DNA of 42,372 nt from Atractiella rhizophila. Taxonomy: Eukaryota. The position numbers and the translations under genes were made by a program. The DNA lies in assembly GCA_021432655.1 (NCBI GenBank), contig MU271396.1:32102-74473 (forward strand). The letters are read 5' to 3'. Shown piece by piece: positions 24,963-37,620 of this stretch (position 1 is the first letter of the stretch; every line of letters starts with the position of its first letter). The notes under the pieces were generated by a model, which was not told the origin of the DNA, ran no database searches, and saw only the letters and a list, made by a program, of their open reading frames with translations.

Positions 24963-26182
24963 TCAACTGAAGAACCTAGAGCTGAAGTAGGACGCCAACA
25001 GATCTAAAGAATCGATCCGAGCCCAAAACCAGAAAGGAGCAGAACGTCCCAACCCAACCGAAAATGAGGCAGAGAAAGGAAAAAGAAAGGTCAAGAGGTA
25101 GAACCCTTCTGCCACTCGCTCACAGTCCTCCGGAGCTTCTCCCGCTGCCTCCTCTCGTCCACTAATGCTTCTCGGCCGCTCCTTCCGAGGCTTTTCGACA
25201 TCCGCCATAGGGATGGACGCTTGGGTTCGTCGGTGTTGTCGGGGTGGGAGGGGCGGACGAGGCTGGAGTTGGAGGTGCAGAGGTGACGATGCTATCACAA
25301 TAAACAGTAAAAAAACATGAATCAGCCATCTGGTTGTATACGTTACGTGAAAACAGAGAGGAAATACGTACTCTAGCGTTTTGGATTTTGAGCTCCTACT
25401 AAAGAACCTCGAGAGGCGATTGTTCTTCATCGTCTTCGGCGCCACATTCATCTCCTGTCCTCTTAATGCGCTGTCTAAGCTCGAATCCGTAGGACTTTCC
25501 GATACTGGTGTGTAGAGCGCATTTCTTTCTTCTTCCCTCGGAGTAGGACACTCGGGATAGAGCGAGGTAAGAGCTGTGGTGGATGACGGTGCGGATGAAG
25601 AGGAGCCTGATACAGAGTATGGTTGACGGGGTGGGAGGAGAAGTGATAGGTTGGAGCTTTGAGCTGTGTGGACTGCATCATGCGAAGTCAGCTTTATAAT
25701 TTATGAAGGATGAAAAGACGAACTTGGACTTGGACCATGCGCGTTCCATTGAGCGGGACGCAGGTTTGTGACTGCTTGATACCCCGTGTGATGACGATGG
25801 TGGTCGAGAGAGGAACGGGAATGGATGGAGGACGTTTCTGACCAGCCTTCTGAATCCCACATCTTTCTTCTTTGCTTGCTTCAAGAAAATTCGTCTGGAA
25901 GGACTGAAAACGCGGGGGCAGGAAAGGACAAAGAGGAGCTGGGCTTTTCACGTCTTTACTGGACGAGAAGTGAAAGGAAACGGTTGGCCTTTTATGGAGA
26001 TCGAGTCTTGGCAGAAGGCGCAACGATTGGGAATGAGGAAGATTTGCATCCACGATCATCTCCTCGCTCGCGGCATGCGCAAAAGGAAATCCGAAGACTG
26101 GTTTTCCTGGAGAATGAGAATGAATTGCGGGAACAGAACGCTCCAAAGACGATGCGCAGGCTCGACGCCGAAGAAATAACAC
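24963..26182 (-). CDS. Hypothetical low-complexity protein, multi-exon, boundaries uncertain
   Basis: ORFs 25694..26182 and 24963..25451 can be joined through GT...AG intron-like segments near 25725-25675 and 25370-25300. No recognisable domain. Confidence 0.3.
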
Positions 26183-27717
26183 TGGTCATCCATCTCGCCT
26201 AGTCGGCAGTCGGGAAGAGAGTGTGGAAGAGAGAACAGTCATGATCACACGTTGAGACATTGAAGCAATAGCCCAGCTAAGAGGAGAGGATGCCAAACTC
26301 TAAACAAGTACCTCCGAAGGTGGAGTGTCGTCCCTGTCAATGAGGATGGAGGGACGGCGGAGTTGAGGGCGGATGCGAAAGAGAACAAAGCAAAAGATGG
26401 AAAATGAGAGCCCAATTCGGCAAGATAACGGCTGGAACGGCTCCTGTTGGAACTTGGAGGCATGCCAGATAAGCATGCGTGGAGCCTGTGCACGACAAGA
26501 GAGATGTTTGCAGGTCGGTTGTTAGAATAAAGGAAGGTGTCACCTCATCAAGTGAAGGGAGACTTCTCAGACTCTTTTGCGCAGGCCTGTTAGCCTGTTG
26601 CGAGGGGATGATATCCTCCTTTCAGATGTCCCACACACCGCTACTGTTTCATATACCGCCCATGTCGACCCAACGGTGACTTCAAATCAACCTCCTCCAG
26701 CTGTAATTGATTGGTTGATGGGCAGGAGATAATAGTATTTGGTGGGCGGATAAAGTCCCTTCCATTGTCCCTTACTGTGTTCCATTGTTCCTTGCTGTAT
26801 TCAATTGTCCCTTGCTGTTCCTTGTGGCTTTTGCTTTTCGGATCTGTTCCTGCGTGCGACCATGCTACCATCTTTACAAATGTCGATGCGTTGTGTTGTG
26901 GGGAGAGATAGACGTTGAGTGTTGAGTGTTGATATGATACGCTGATGGGCTACTTGGATACTCTTATTGATCTATTGAATTTCAACGAGGTTTTCGTGCG
27001 TTATTTCTTCCAGCGTGTGAGCATGAAAAAGGGCTTCTGTTACCTCCGTATTTCCACGCAATCCATCGGCTTTGAACCTGTTGTCTCTTCACGGATCGTG
27101 AGAAGCAGATTGAATTGGTACATTGATTTGAACGGTTTGAACGTCTGTGGCGTTGCAGGGGGATGAGTGAGGGAAGTTGTGTGAGGCTCGTACAAAGTTT
27201 GAAAATTTGACCCAACACAGATCGGAAGCCCCGAAAAGCTCCAACCTCTGTCAACGACAACCCTCAAATTCTTTCTCAGGTCTTTCTCAAAAGGTCAAGC
27301 GCTTCAATTTCGCGCGCACCCGATCTGATTGCTATCTTTGCGCACCTGTCAAACTGAGTTACAAAGATTGAATTGACTAGTGATCTGTCGTGGTCGACAA
27401 TTGCCATTAATATGGATATTGTCATTGACAAATTCAAACTAGCGGGCCAAGGACCCGCCCAAGATTCAATTTATTTCACCACATGTTCTGTGTACCAGCG
27501 AGCTTCGTGTCTGTGACGAGCGTGAATGACAATTGAGATGAGATCCGATCAGTTTGGGCACGCTACCTCACACAAAAGCAACCATCCGTCCTTCAAGCAA
27601 AATATGGCTAGTCGGCTCGCTGAGGTATAAAGTGAAGCCTGGATGAAGAGTTTACTTCTTCTCGTCCACCTCACTTCTCTCACTTTTCACCTATTCTTTC
27701 TGAAAAGAACTCTCACA

Positions 27718-27967
27718 ATGGAGGCGTCTAGTAATCCTAGTCTGTGGTGCTTTGTTGTTAGTCTTCCTCGCATTTATTTCAGGTGCAAGTCTAATTCGTC
27801 CCATGCAGGAAAAAACTGCAAACGGCTACATCATCGAAGTAGACGGCGAGCGTCACTTTTTCACTGAAGACATGGTGCTCACTGTTCTTGCCGGATTGCT
27901 TGGTCGTGTGTTCTTTCTTCCTTCTTGATAGAGAAGAAGCTGAGGCGTTGTACTAGGAGCGATTTAA
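27718..27967 (+). CDS. Microprotein family copy C (48 aa): MEASSNPSLWCFV|EKTANGYIIEVDGERHFFTEDMVLTVLAGLLG|RAI
   Basis: Exons 27718-27756, 27809-27905 (97 nt), 27957-27967. GT-AG introns of 52 and 51 nt with CTAAT / GCTGAG branch-like motifs. TATAAAG from 27626. Confidence 0.87.
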
Positions 27968-29784
27968 AGCGCATCCCAGTAGCTTTACCTCGAGAAACCA
28001 GTCGTCATTTCCATTGGCAGCCCTCTCGAATGCCCTACTTTAAGCTTAGCCACCCCTTCTTTCCTGGCTGACGTGGCACATGAGAGATGGTGCAACTGGC
28101 TTTACCTGGAGATGCATGTCGTTGCTTGTCCCAACCCTCTCGATTGGCCTGTTTCTAGCTTACCCACCTTCTTCAAAAAGCAACGGTTGTTTTAGTCTAT
28201 ATAACGGAGAAAATTCGTTCGAAATTGCATTTAATTGTTCATTTTTACATTGCGGTATGGAGGTTATATGAGGTACGACATGGATGAAGTGGCAGCCACC
28301 CCTTCCACTATTTCTCGGTACCTAGTTGACATACGGTGACAAGGAACTACTGAACTTTCAAGCTGGACAAACACTTGCGTCTTCACACCTAGAGTGCTTC
28401 AACCAGTAATGAGCACATTTCAGCTCTGGCTCCTCCACTCAATCCCCACAGTAAAGCAGACCGTTCAATGGTTGACCGGTCTCAGAACCGTGAAGAGGCA
28501 AAGATGCAGACCAAGACGAATGGATTGGTCACGCCAAGAGCAAGAAAGGAAGCAAATTAAACTCTCACACGTGTCCACTTCATGTTAATCCTAAAATAAG
28601 AACATTAACTTTTGCCATTACTCTTTAATACTCATTTCCAATCGAACATTTAGCCAGTTTGTTTAAGGACGGAGGGTTAGGCCCGAAACTCGAACCTTCG
28701 AAGGTGGGAGCCATCCTTTGATCTAGTCCTCCGTCCAACCGACCGTGTCTCCTCAAGTCATGCCTTCGAAAGGTCGACACCACGGAGATGCAGCGGCTTT
28801 CGGGTGCCTTAAGGCGGTCGGTTAGGTTGCCGTAGCGGAACCGGAAGTGGACCATCCATGAGAGGGGGGTCACTGGTACGGGGTAAGGGATAGAAAAAGG
28901 AGACGGAGGAGATTCGGAGGGAGGTGGATGTGGGATTATCGGATGGGGTAGGTCTCTATTTGTGTAGCGTAGTTTGGGCAAGAGTACACAGTACATGGGG
29001 AGTTTCAAATGGTTGTCGTATCCGCATTTGGCAGAAAGGAACGGGAAGCCCAAATGTTGCAAGCGAAAGTCCGCTCCACATTGCCTCGGTGCAAGTGGGA
29101 AAGTGACACTAAACGCCCAAGGGTAGATGACTATCCATAACTTCAATATACTCGCATGTCTTCCTTCAGGAATTCCGTTTTTCTAGGCAGAAAGGCGCTG
29201 GTTCAGTTGCCTAGGCAACTTTAGTGCAAGAATTCATTCAGCGAAGTAGCTACAACGGATTCAAATAGAACAGTGACAGCGGTAATCGCGGAAGTGAATG
29301 TTAACCTTTATCCAATTGACAAGCTGCTAAGAAGCTCCCCTCGATGGTTCACGTGTCAACATTTCGAATTGGATTTATCTCGAATGTAACATCAACGGTT
29401 GTACCTTTACTGGTGCTTACCTTCCTCAGATGCAAATTTCTAAGATTGCAGTTGTCCGGAGAGCTGAAGTTTGGTCTTGCCATGTGACAGAAATGTGGTA
29501 GACATCAATTACTTGGCTGAGTAATTTTGATACACACAGGTCTACCTTCTTGCCCCTTTCTCTCGGGTGTGACAATTGGTTCCTCGACCTAGTTTGCATA
29601 TTTCTTCTATCTCCTTCGGGTCGCAGGGCAGGTGCATAAATGACTGAATTGGCCTTGGGCAAGACGTTTTTTTGAAAAATCGCGTGTTACTGAGGAGCAG
29701 ACATAAAAGGAAGGGTCACATTCCTTCAGAACCCAGAACTCTTCTATATCTCACTGCCTATCCATTACTCCTGCAATCTCTAAC

Positions 29785-30037
29785 ATGGAAGCATCCTGGA
29801 ACGCTAGCCAGCGCAGAATTGTCGTAAGCCACCCAACCTTATCTTTGAGCTCCGTTTGAATCCTCTTCATAGGAAAAAGTGGAAGGCGGATACATAGTTG
29901 AAGTCGATGGGAAGCGAACCTTTTTCCCAGAAGAAGTGGTTTTGACCATTCTTTCTGATTTGCTTGCTCGTCCGTTGTTTCGCTTTTTATCCCTTCCTGA
30001 CTGATTTGGCCGGTGGATGGAAGAAGGAGCGAGATAA
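29785..30037 (+). CDS. Microprotein family copy D (~48 aa): MEASWNASQRRIV|EKVEGGYIVEVDGKRTFFPEEVVLTILSDLLA|RAR
   Basis: Exons 29785-29823, 29873-29969 (97 nt), 30027-30037 (NAGNAG acceptor, +1 codon possible). Introns of 49 and 57 nt. CATAAAAG from 29702. Confidence 0.83.
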
Positions 30038-31295
30038 AGGTTCTTCTCTGTTAAAGGGTACGAAAATGAGCTTAAAATACATCACGCGTCGCGATTATCA
30101 GTTTCCATTCTGTGAATAATGACTACTGAACGAAAATGTATCACCTGATCTTAAGTGAGACTAGATGACGAAGAAGGGTCTCAAAGGAGGGGGTCTAAAA
30201 ATGCGGGGAGGCTCATAAGTGGAGAAAGAAGGTAAGGGAATAATAGAACACACCCCCTTTGAATGCTTTAGAATAGAAAGGTATGACCAGCTCGAAAAGA
30301 AGCGATGGGAGTGTTGGGAAGCACAGTGCTTCCATCAGTAAAAGCTGAAATGAATGATATTAACTTGTGGTCACCACACACATAAATGCATTGAGGCGAA
30401 TCTAACAGGCAAGCTCTACAGGATGGTAGTTGCGTATGAGGGAATAAAGGAGGTCGCGGAATCATGACGGGTGTAGTGACTCATGACTCATGACAACAAA
30501 CAGAAATGCTATTGAGATAATAATGCATTTGTATCACAGAAATCCGAAGTAAAGTGAACAAAACGCGGTTGCAACTGCGCGTGCCTCAGCCTTGTATCAT
30601 TTGCGGTAAGATAGTACATGCAAAGATGTCCCGATCATTGAAATTAAACGCTCATTCTCGCTTGTTGACCGGTTTCGCTCGTCCTTTACGTTCGTTGAGA
30701 ACTGGCGTATTGATTGTTTTGTTGACGATGAGATTGAGAAGGCAACGCACGGGCGAGGAGCGGAACAACGCTGCAATCTTGTCAAGTAATTTTTTAGAAG
30801 CTAACATTGGCGCGCCAATGGTTCATTATTCCGAATGACGGCGCACAGTTTTGACATTGGACGATAATTCAAAACTTTATTTCTCGTTCACCTCGTACAC
30901 ACTTCTGCACGCTCCTTCACCAAGTTTCGTCTGGACTTCGCAAGAAACAAGAAGCGATATGACTCGACTTCATATGCATTCGTTCATTTGGCATTGTTTG
31001 TGAGAAACGACTCGTTCCTCCCGTTCAAGAGAGTCGTGCGCCTCGTTCTTCTCGTGCTTACGCTCTTACATGCGGAACTGACAATAGCAATGAGATACTC
31101 GAACTTCAAAGATTTCATCGGCTCCGTAAGCATTACTTTCCGGAGCCCAGCCTCCAGGTGGGAAGACAAGCCCTGAGATGCGCTGATTTCGTCTGCTACC
31201 ACGACACGGGAGTTGGATATAAAAGCGCAGGCAACCTGGTTCCACTCTCCACAAAATTCTGACCTACTAATTGCTGACTGAAGGAGACTTTCAAC

Positions 31296-31548
31296 ATGGA
31301 ACCAGCTAGCCAGTGGAGATTTGTCGTAAGCGCTGACCGCCTCCGTCCAGCCATCCGTATTTATGCCCTTTCATAGGATAAGACGGAAGGGGGCTATATA
31401 CTTGAAGTAAACGAGGAGCTATACTTTGTCCAGGAAGACGTCATGCGTGGAGTTCTCTTTGCGCTCCTGGACCGTGCGTTTTCTTCTTCTTTGATAAAAT
31501 AAACTCAAGAACTGGGTAGAGAGCGGTTTAGAAGTCCTTTTCAGGTGA
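31296..31548 (+). CDS. Microprotein family copy E (~51 aa): MEPASQWRFV|DKTEGGYILEVNEELYFVQEDVMRGVLFALLD|QSGLEVLFR
   Basis: Exons 31296-31325, 31377-31473 (97 nt), 31520-31548 (last exon uncertain). GTAAGC and GTGCGT donors. TATAAAAG from 31218. Confidence 0.78.
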
Positions 31549-32219
31549 AGTGGAAAAGCTTTCTCGCACAACTGCTTCAGTTGTACATCAAGAAACATTC
31601 TTCACTCTTTCTTCAAAATCACGTGTCGGTCTCGACCCCTCCTTTTTTGTCAGGGCACGTATCAAAAGACTGGTTTATCAAAAACTCTTTAATTGTGTTC
31701 CTGTGTGACATGAGAGGGTGTCCATAGCGGGAAATGAATCCAAAATTCTTTATGCCTTATTACTCCCCACAGATCTAAGAATGAAGCTAGGTCGACGTGC
31801 AGTGAGGCAATGAAACCATCTTACGCAGACGTTGAGAACAAGAAACGAATCTGGAACATATGTTGTTAACTTCAAGAAACCGATTCTACCACACCGTATA
31901 CTGGGAGGCAGTGAACTGGACTTCCTCGTCGAGGCAAGAACTTGATTGCCAACGTAGATGTAGACGCAAATATGGAACAATGATTGAGATGTCCGATGCA
32001 GGACGTACAAGAATCAACTAAATCGAGCAACTTCATCGGCAAGGAGTGAAATGGACTTTAAAGCTACTATGATGCCGTGAATTGACCTCAAGTTACCTCG
32101 AGACATTCCATTCTTTTCACGTAGAATGCAAAACCTCAATAAAGAACCTCCACGCTACGTGACGCGGCTAGGAAACACTCACCGAATCTGCATCCTCCCT
32201 TTCCCCGTTAATTCTCTCC

Positions 32220-33110
32220 GCCTAAACTACTCTCATCTTTCCGTACCAATCAATCGTCTTTTCCACGGGCAAAGACAGAGGTGTCGGATCGCCCAGCCCT
32301 CCCCGCTGCTCCTCCGAGCGGTCCACTTTCGATTCCTCTCCTACCTCGACAACTTGCAGAGACTCGACATTCTCGCATTCGCTCTTCTATATCCTCGTTT
32401 CTCATGTTTCAACTCAACGTCTCTCACCGTCTTCATTAGTCCTTCTGCCCCTTCTCTCCGTCCGCCTTTGCCATTTCCTAAGCCAGACGAAGGTTCCAAG
32501 TGGTTCGATTAGTCCGAAACGGTTCTGAGCAGGAGGTGCTGCCGCACTCATGCACTTCGCTCTCCCCCGCTCTCCCCGCAGTCCCTTAATCGTAGCTGAC
32601 CTTTGTCAGACACAGTTTCCCTTCCCTCTACCACCGAGGAAGCCGTACTGTTCGAACCTTTCCGGAACACGCCGGCGTCCACAGGAACGAGTGACGTGTG
32701 CTCGTCAGTAGACCTCAGTCTCGCTTTCAATATGTCCTCTCATCTGCGGTGTTGCTTCCCCGCCTTCATTCTCATCATCCCCTTTGTTATTTGCCGTCGT
32801 AGGCGTCGTTGGACCGGAGGATGAGGTCAGGGATGGAAATGGGGTGCAGCGATTAAAGTGCTTTAGTGGCTGGAAGAGAGTATGGAGCCGCTACGGAGTG
32901 GGAGTGAAGCAAGTGAAGCCTAGGGTTTGGCAGAGGTCAGATGAGACAGAGGGGTTGAAGGCGGAAGGGGTGGAGGTCGCGTTGGTCGTGGTCGTATTGG
33001 TCGCTGGTGGGGATGAGAGGCGAGGTGGGGCGAAACAAAGAGCCATGCCTCTCTTCCGGCGGGTAGGCTGGAGGAGGAACGGAGAGATTGGGAAAAGTCA
33101 TGAAGAGGCG
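32220..33110 (-). pseudogene. Possible decayed low-complexity gene
   Basis: Protein-like Ser/Pro/Thr-rich then Glu/Arg-rich stretches across several minus-strand frames, broken by stops and frameshifts. No domain recognised. Confidence 0.25.
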
Positions 33111-34493
33111 TAGGGGATTGTAAGCGACATAGCAACCGAGACGATTGTCCTAAACATCTATCTTGAAGGAGCGTAGGAGTGCGGCGGAGTGGAAGGGCGA
33201 CGCCGACGAAAAGAACAAAGGAGACTGGAGATCCGCTAATAACAGCTCCAATCGGAACTTGGAGATAAACATGCGTGGAAGTGTCTGAGCATGAGCACGA
33301 GGAGATGTCTGCAGGTTGGTGTTGGAATGAAATGAAAGCGTATGCCTGTGTTGGCTGCCACTCATATCCGAAGTCACTCCACAGGAGGACTGAGGAAAAT
33401 GTACTCTCCGACGTGTTGAAGCTTTAGGGAGAATGCCCCTCTTCAACGAGGATAAGCGACAAAGACAAATCCTTTTAGGAGCGGCGTTGGGAGTTGGAAC
33501 CCAGACTATCCACCGCTGACTCAGCAGGCCCAAGCTACGTAAGCACAATCCACGCCGCAGCAAGGAGAAAAAAGGGAAGGAGACAGAAGCCAGGTAACAC
33601 TGAGGCCAATGTAGAGTCCGATGGATGGCTGTGAGTTCTCGAAAGCGAATCGTATCTGCGTTTTTGTTGGGAATCCAAGGCTGTCGGTTGAATTGCTGGT
33701 ATAGGCTTGCGTTCGTGCGTTCCTTTCTCTGTAGACATCGGCTGCGAAGAATTGCCAGAGCTGGAACGTTGTCTTCGTATTTCCATACCGCCCAGCAGTG
33801 CAGTGATCGCATTTGTGTTTCATGTTAGTTCGCTTGGGGCAGGTAGAGGGTCATAATTGAGACATTTTCAAGGTTCCATTGCCAGTCAAGCTGAATGATG
33901 AACGAAGACGAAACTTGTTCCAAAATACAACAATTCAGCTATATCACGGTTACTACAACAGGTCGCCCGATGAATGACAAGTCCTGAGCTTCAATGTCGA
34001 GATTTTGAAATGTAGACACTTTCATTTTCGGAAAGACATTGGCAGGAACTCTTTTAGTAGGAAGGTGTTGGATGTGCTCTGCCTTCTCCTGCAGTATCTA
34101 TTACTCCAGAGAATTCAATCTATTAGGAAAGGAGCATGTCGGAGAGCCTGCGATGCTGCGGCAAGGAAATGGATACTTGGGGGTACACATTCAAACCTGA
34201 CCTTCCAACGCTGGCAGGTTGAGGCGAGGCGCCATTGACTGGTTTAGGTCATCAATTCCCTCGTTCACCTTGTTCAGTAGCGTTGACGCGGAGGAAGTAT
34301 GTCGGACGCGCGAGTGGGATGAGCAATCCCAACCCCAACCCGTCATAGTGCTGCGAATTCCTTCGTTAGCGTAATACCCCATTAATTGAGAGACGCCAAG
34401 TCACCTACCAAACAATATTTCGATAAAAGCCCCACTTTGACTCTCTTATTGACCACACAATCAATCCTATCCCATTATCCATTAGTCCCTCTA

Positions 34494-34738
34494 ATGGACC
34501 CATCCTCCAACACTAACCACTGGAGATACATTGTAGGTCACCCTCGACTTTCCTTGAGCCATCTGATTCGTCGTTTTGTAGGAACAAACCGAGAGCGGAT
34601 TCAAAATCGAAATCGACGGGTTGGAACACGTTTTGCCTGAAGAAGTTATTTTGGAGGTCGCTATCAGGTTGTTCGCCGGTGGGTTCTCTCTTATCTCTTT
34701 GATGATAGACGCTGAAGATGTGATTAGCTGCCACTTGA
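34494..34738 (+). CDS. Microprotein family copy F (48 aa): MDPSSNTNHWRYI|EQTESGFKIEIDGLEHVLPEEVILEVAIRLFA|AAT
   Basis: Exons 34494-34532, 34582-34678 (97 nt), 34728-34738. GT-AG introns of 49 and 49 nt. GATAAAAG from 34422. Confidence 0.85.
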
Positions 34739-36799
34739 ATCTTCCTCAGTGTACTATACCATCATCCGTGATTCAACGGCTCCTGTTGAACGTCGAGAAC
34801 AAGCTACGATCTATGTAGCCCCGAATCTCAGCTTGCATTTTTCCTACCTGTATTTGTTTCGAAATGTACTCAGCTCTGTCTCGTGTCGCAATGTATCATA
34901 TGAAGCCCAACTAGTCGAATGAACGCGGATGAAGCAGAGGCAACGTCTTCACATTGTTTATCCTTAGCTCTAGTATACGCTTCGGGGCCAGGAATTTAAG
35001 ACCTACGCTGCAGCGAGGTAGCGGCTAACAATGGACTGTCAACCTTTACAGAGCAAGCGATGAAAGTACAGAAGGGTTAAATAATCGTCGTCTGTTTTCC
35101 CTCCAGCTCAAATACGGTGAGTAAATCCCATAACAAACACAACAACACGCGTATTGCAACATGATCCTCTTCGATCCCTGTCGAGCCTTGATCCGTTTGA
35201 GCGTAGCAGAAAGGTTCTATTAAGATTGAAAGTGAGCTCTGACGCAGCAAGGCTCGTAGGTTCGTACGGATCACGATGCGAACTGTGAGTAATATTATGG
35301 GAGAACTTAGAAAAATTGTCTTCGGGTCCCGCTCAACTGAACTTTTACCTCTGAACTTCAAGGGGTTGCAGAGCTAGGACGGAAGCGCACAGATTGTGAG
35401 AGATTGTGGACCTGAGGCGGAGGCAGCGGATCAAAAATAGGAAGCCAAACATGACGGCAAGGGACGGCCTGGAGACCAATTTGGCATGTTTCAATTGCGC
35501 AGATGTTGCAACTTCGCAATGGCAAATATCATGATTGCTAGCTTGCGCTTCGTCCCATTCGTTCGTTTAATCATCGCCGAACGCCGTCGTGCCATCTCCA
35601 GCATTAAGGCTTGTTAATAAAGCGCGATGAAGCGATGAAGCAGGTGGCGAGCGGCCCTAGAACCTCTCTAATTATATGAGGCAATGGAAAGGAGTGATTG
35701 GTAGATTTTATCGGAGGTGGAGGAGATAAGGGGGCTGAAGGTGCAGGAGGATGGAAGGAACTCGTGCTTTACCTTTGATGGGGATAAGCATCTCTTCCAA
35801 CGTAAAGACTGGAGGAGGAAAGGAGTGACTGGGAAAGTCGTTGAAGGGCGAAGGGAACTTGCAAGCAATGTTTCAAGCCAAAAGGAATCCTCCGATTCAA
35901 TCAAACCACTGGCCGTGCAATCAATGATAGTGTGGCGGCGCATTGGAATGCGGATGCCGAAGAACAAATGAGATGGAAAGGGAGTGCTCAGCAAGAGAGA
36001 TCACGGCTTCATTTGGCCCTTGGAGGAAAGTCAGATCGCCTGAGCGGCAGTAGATGTCTGCAGGTTGGCCACTGGAATGAAAGTGTGCTCTCAAGCTTGA
36101 ACTACATGCTGGCAGGTGAAAGACACTCTGATCTAAGTACGAGGGCTGCGAAGTGGGACTGCAAGGTGTGAGAAACAATTAGATGATGGTCTCACACTTG
36201 CAAGGAGCTCGCTTTTTCACTAAGGAAGCTGAGTGATAAGAAAAACGCAAGCAGAAAGAAAGAGATTCAAGCTTAGACCGAATGTAATGAAAGTGGAAGG
36301 CATATATGCCCCCATCGTCCTATCACGAATGGGCAATTGTCTTTTAAGCGGCCTCCTTTTCACCTCTACCAAATCCATCCACGTAGTTGGATGAGGACGA
36401 GTCAGAACCGAACCTATACCAAGATCAAAGAGAAATCAATTCAACCGAGATCCAAGGAGTAAGAGCTACACACAGGCACGAAAGGGGCAGCAGGAGACAG
36501 GCGAGCAGCGTCAGAGAAAGTCGAGAGCTGTAAAGTCTCGGAAATGGAAGCCTATATTTAAAGAGGGGCGGTTTGCTGGCTGGTTCTCAACGCTCCACGC
36601 CCTAAACTCTGGCGAAGGGTTTGGGTTCGTAAATACCTGGGTATGCTTTGATTACGTCTGCGCGAAGAATCAAGAGACGTTGAGGGCTAATTACCTTCGT
36701 ATTTCCACTCACCCCAGCATCTTTGAACTCTGCCCTTTGAGTATTTACAATTCTTGTTTCATGTTTGAGTTGCAGAAGCTCATCAATGTCCCGTTCTCC

Positions 36800-37620
36800 C
36801 TCATAGTGACTAATACGCTAGCAGGTGGTTCCTTCTAAATTCACCGCCGACTAGTGTGGAAGTCGCCGAGAGTGTTCAGTGCCCGCTTGTTAGATTATTG
36901 CTGAAGATTGTGTTGAAGGAGTCCATTTTGCACAACGTGAGGCATTTAAAGTTAAAACTAAGGTGAGAGCCAGAAAAGGATGTTACTGCTTAGTCTGCTA
37001 AGTTCCTTTCAGTTCCTTTAAATGTTACTTAGCGGTCACTAATCATCACCCCCTACCGAGGTAAGATCCTCCGTTTACTCATTATCCCCTAACCACAACA
37101 ACTACGGTGTCATACCATTGAAAAAAACAGCACCACCAATTCTCGCTCTCACTCCCAAAATAGGGACGGAGTGGAAGCAAATGATCACTGATCGAGCAGG
37201 GAGGGCAAACTAGTTTCACAAGATGCTTCGTCAAATGGACAGCTGCAAGGAATAACGATGCACGACCTACATTCGAGGGAAGCGTGTGGGCTGTAGAGGA
37301 GATAAGGCCTTTTTACCTACATTATCATCCCAAGCAGCGAACAGTTGCTGAAGCGGTCCACTGTTGCGACCACAACCACCTAGACTTGAGACTTGGTCAG
37401 TTTAGTCCCTCTTTGGAAAGTACACATGTATAGCTGCATCCGTCATTTATCCCTTGAAAAAGCCCAAACCCTTAGGAGGTTTGGTAACTAAGTGGGGTGA
37501 ACAGCCTTAGTATTGTGGCCAGAGGGGCCGCTGCCCATCACCACCTCCTTCCTCCCGAGCTTCCAAACCTTGGGACTCCGCCCAATGGGGACGCGCCGCT
37601 CTGGCAAGACTACCAACTCC
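36800..37620 (+). pseudogene. Decayed intronless ORF of unknown origin, copy 1 (homologous to 39635-40420)
   Basis: Shares a 61-nt identical block and the peptides IITPYRGKI, LTPKIG, MLR and LP(P/L)ELPNL...LW with copy 2. Differences in those peptides are mostly synonymous. Contains stops and frameshifts. Confidence 0.6.

Noticed and set aside
27718..27967. Microproteins as pheromone or MSDIN-type RiPP precursors
   Set aside because: No C-terminal CAAX, no Kex2 repeats, no signal peptide, and no conserved leader / hypervariable core bounded by Pro. Conservation follows a folded-domain pattern instead.
30477..30490. Tandem TGACTCA (Gcn4/AP-1-like) sites
   Set aside because: Probably a 7-bp micro-duplication. 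It is ~800 bp from the nearest start and not shared by other family promoters.
36817..36920. Hammerhead, HDV-like or twister ribozyme in the invariant block
   Set aside because: Only partial motifs (CTGAAGA; loop UCCACACU; AACACU). The required stems or catalytic residues could not be completed by eye.
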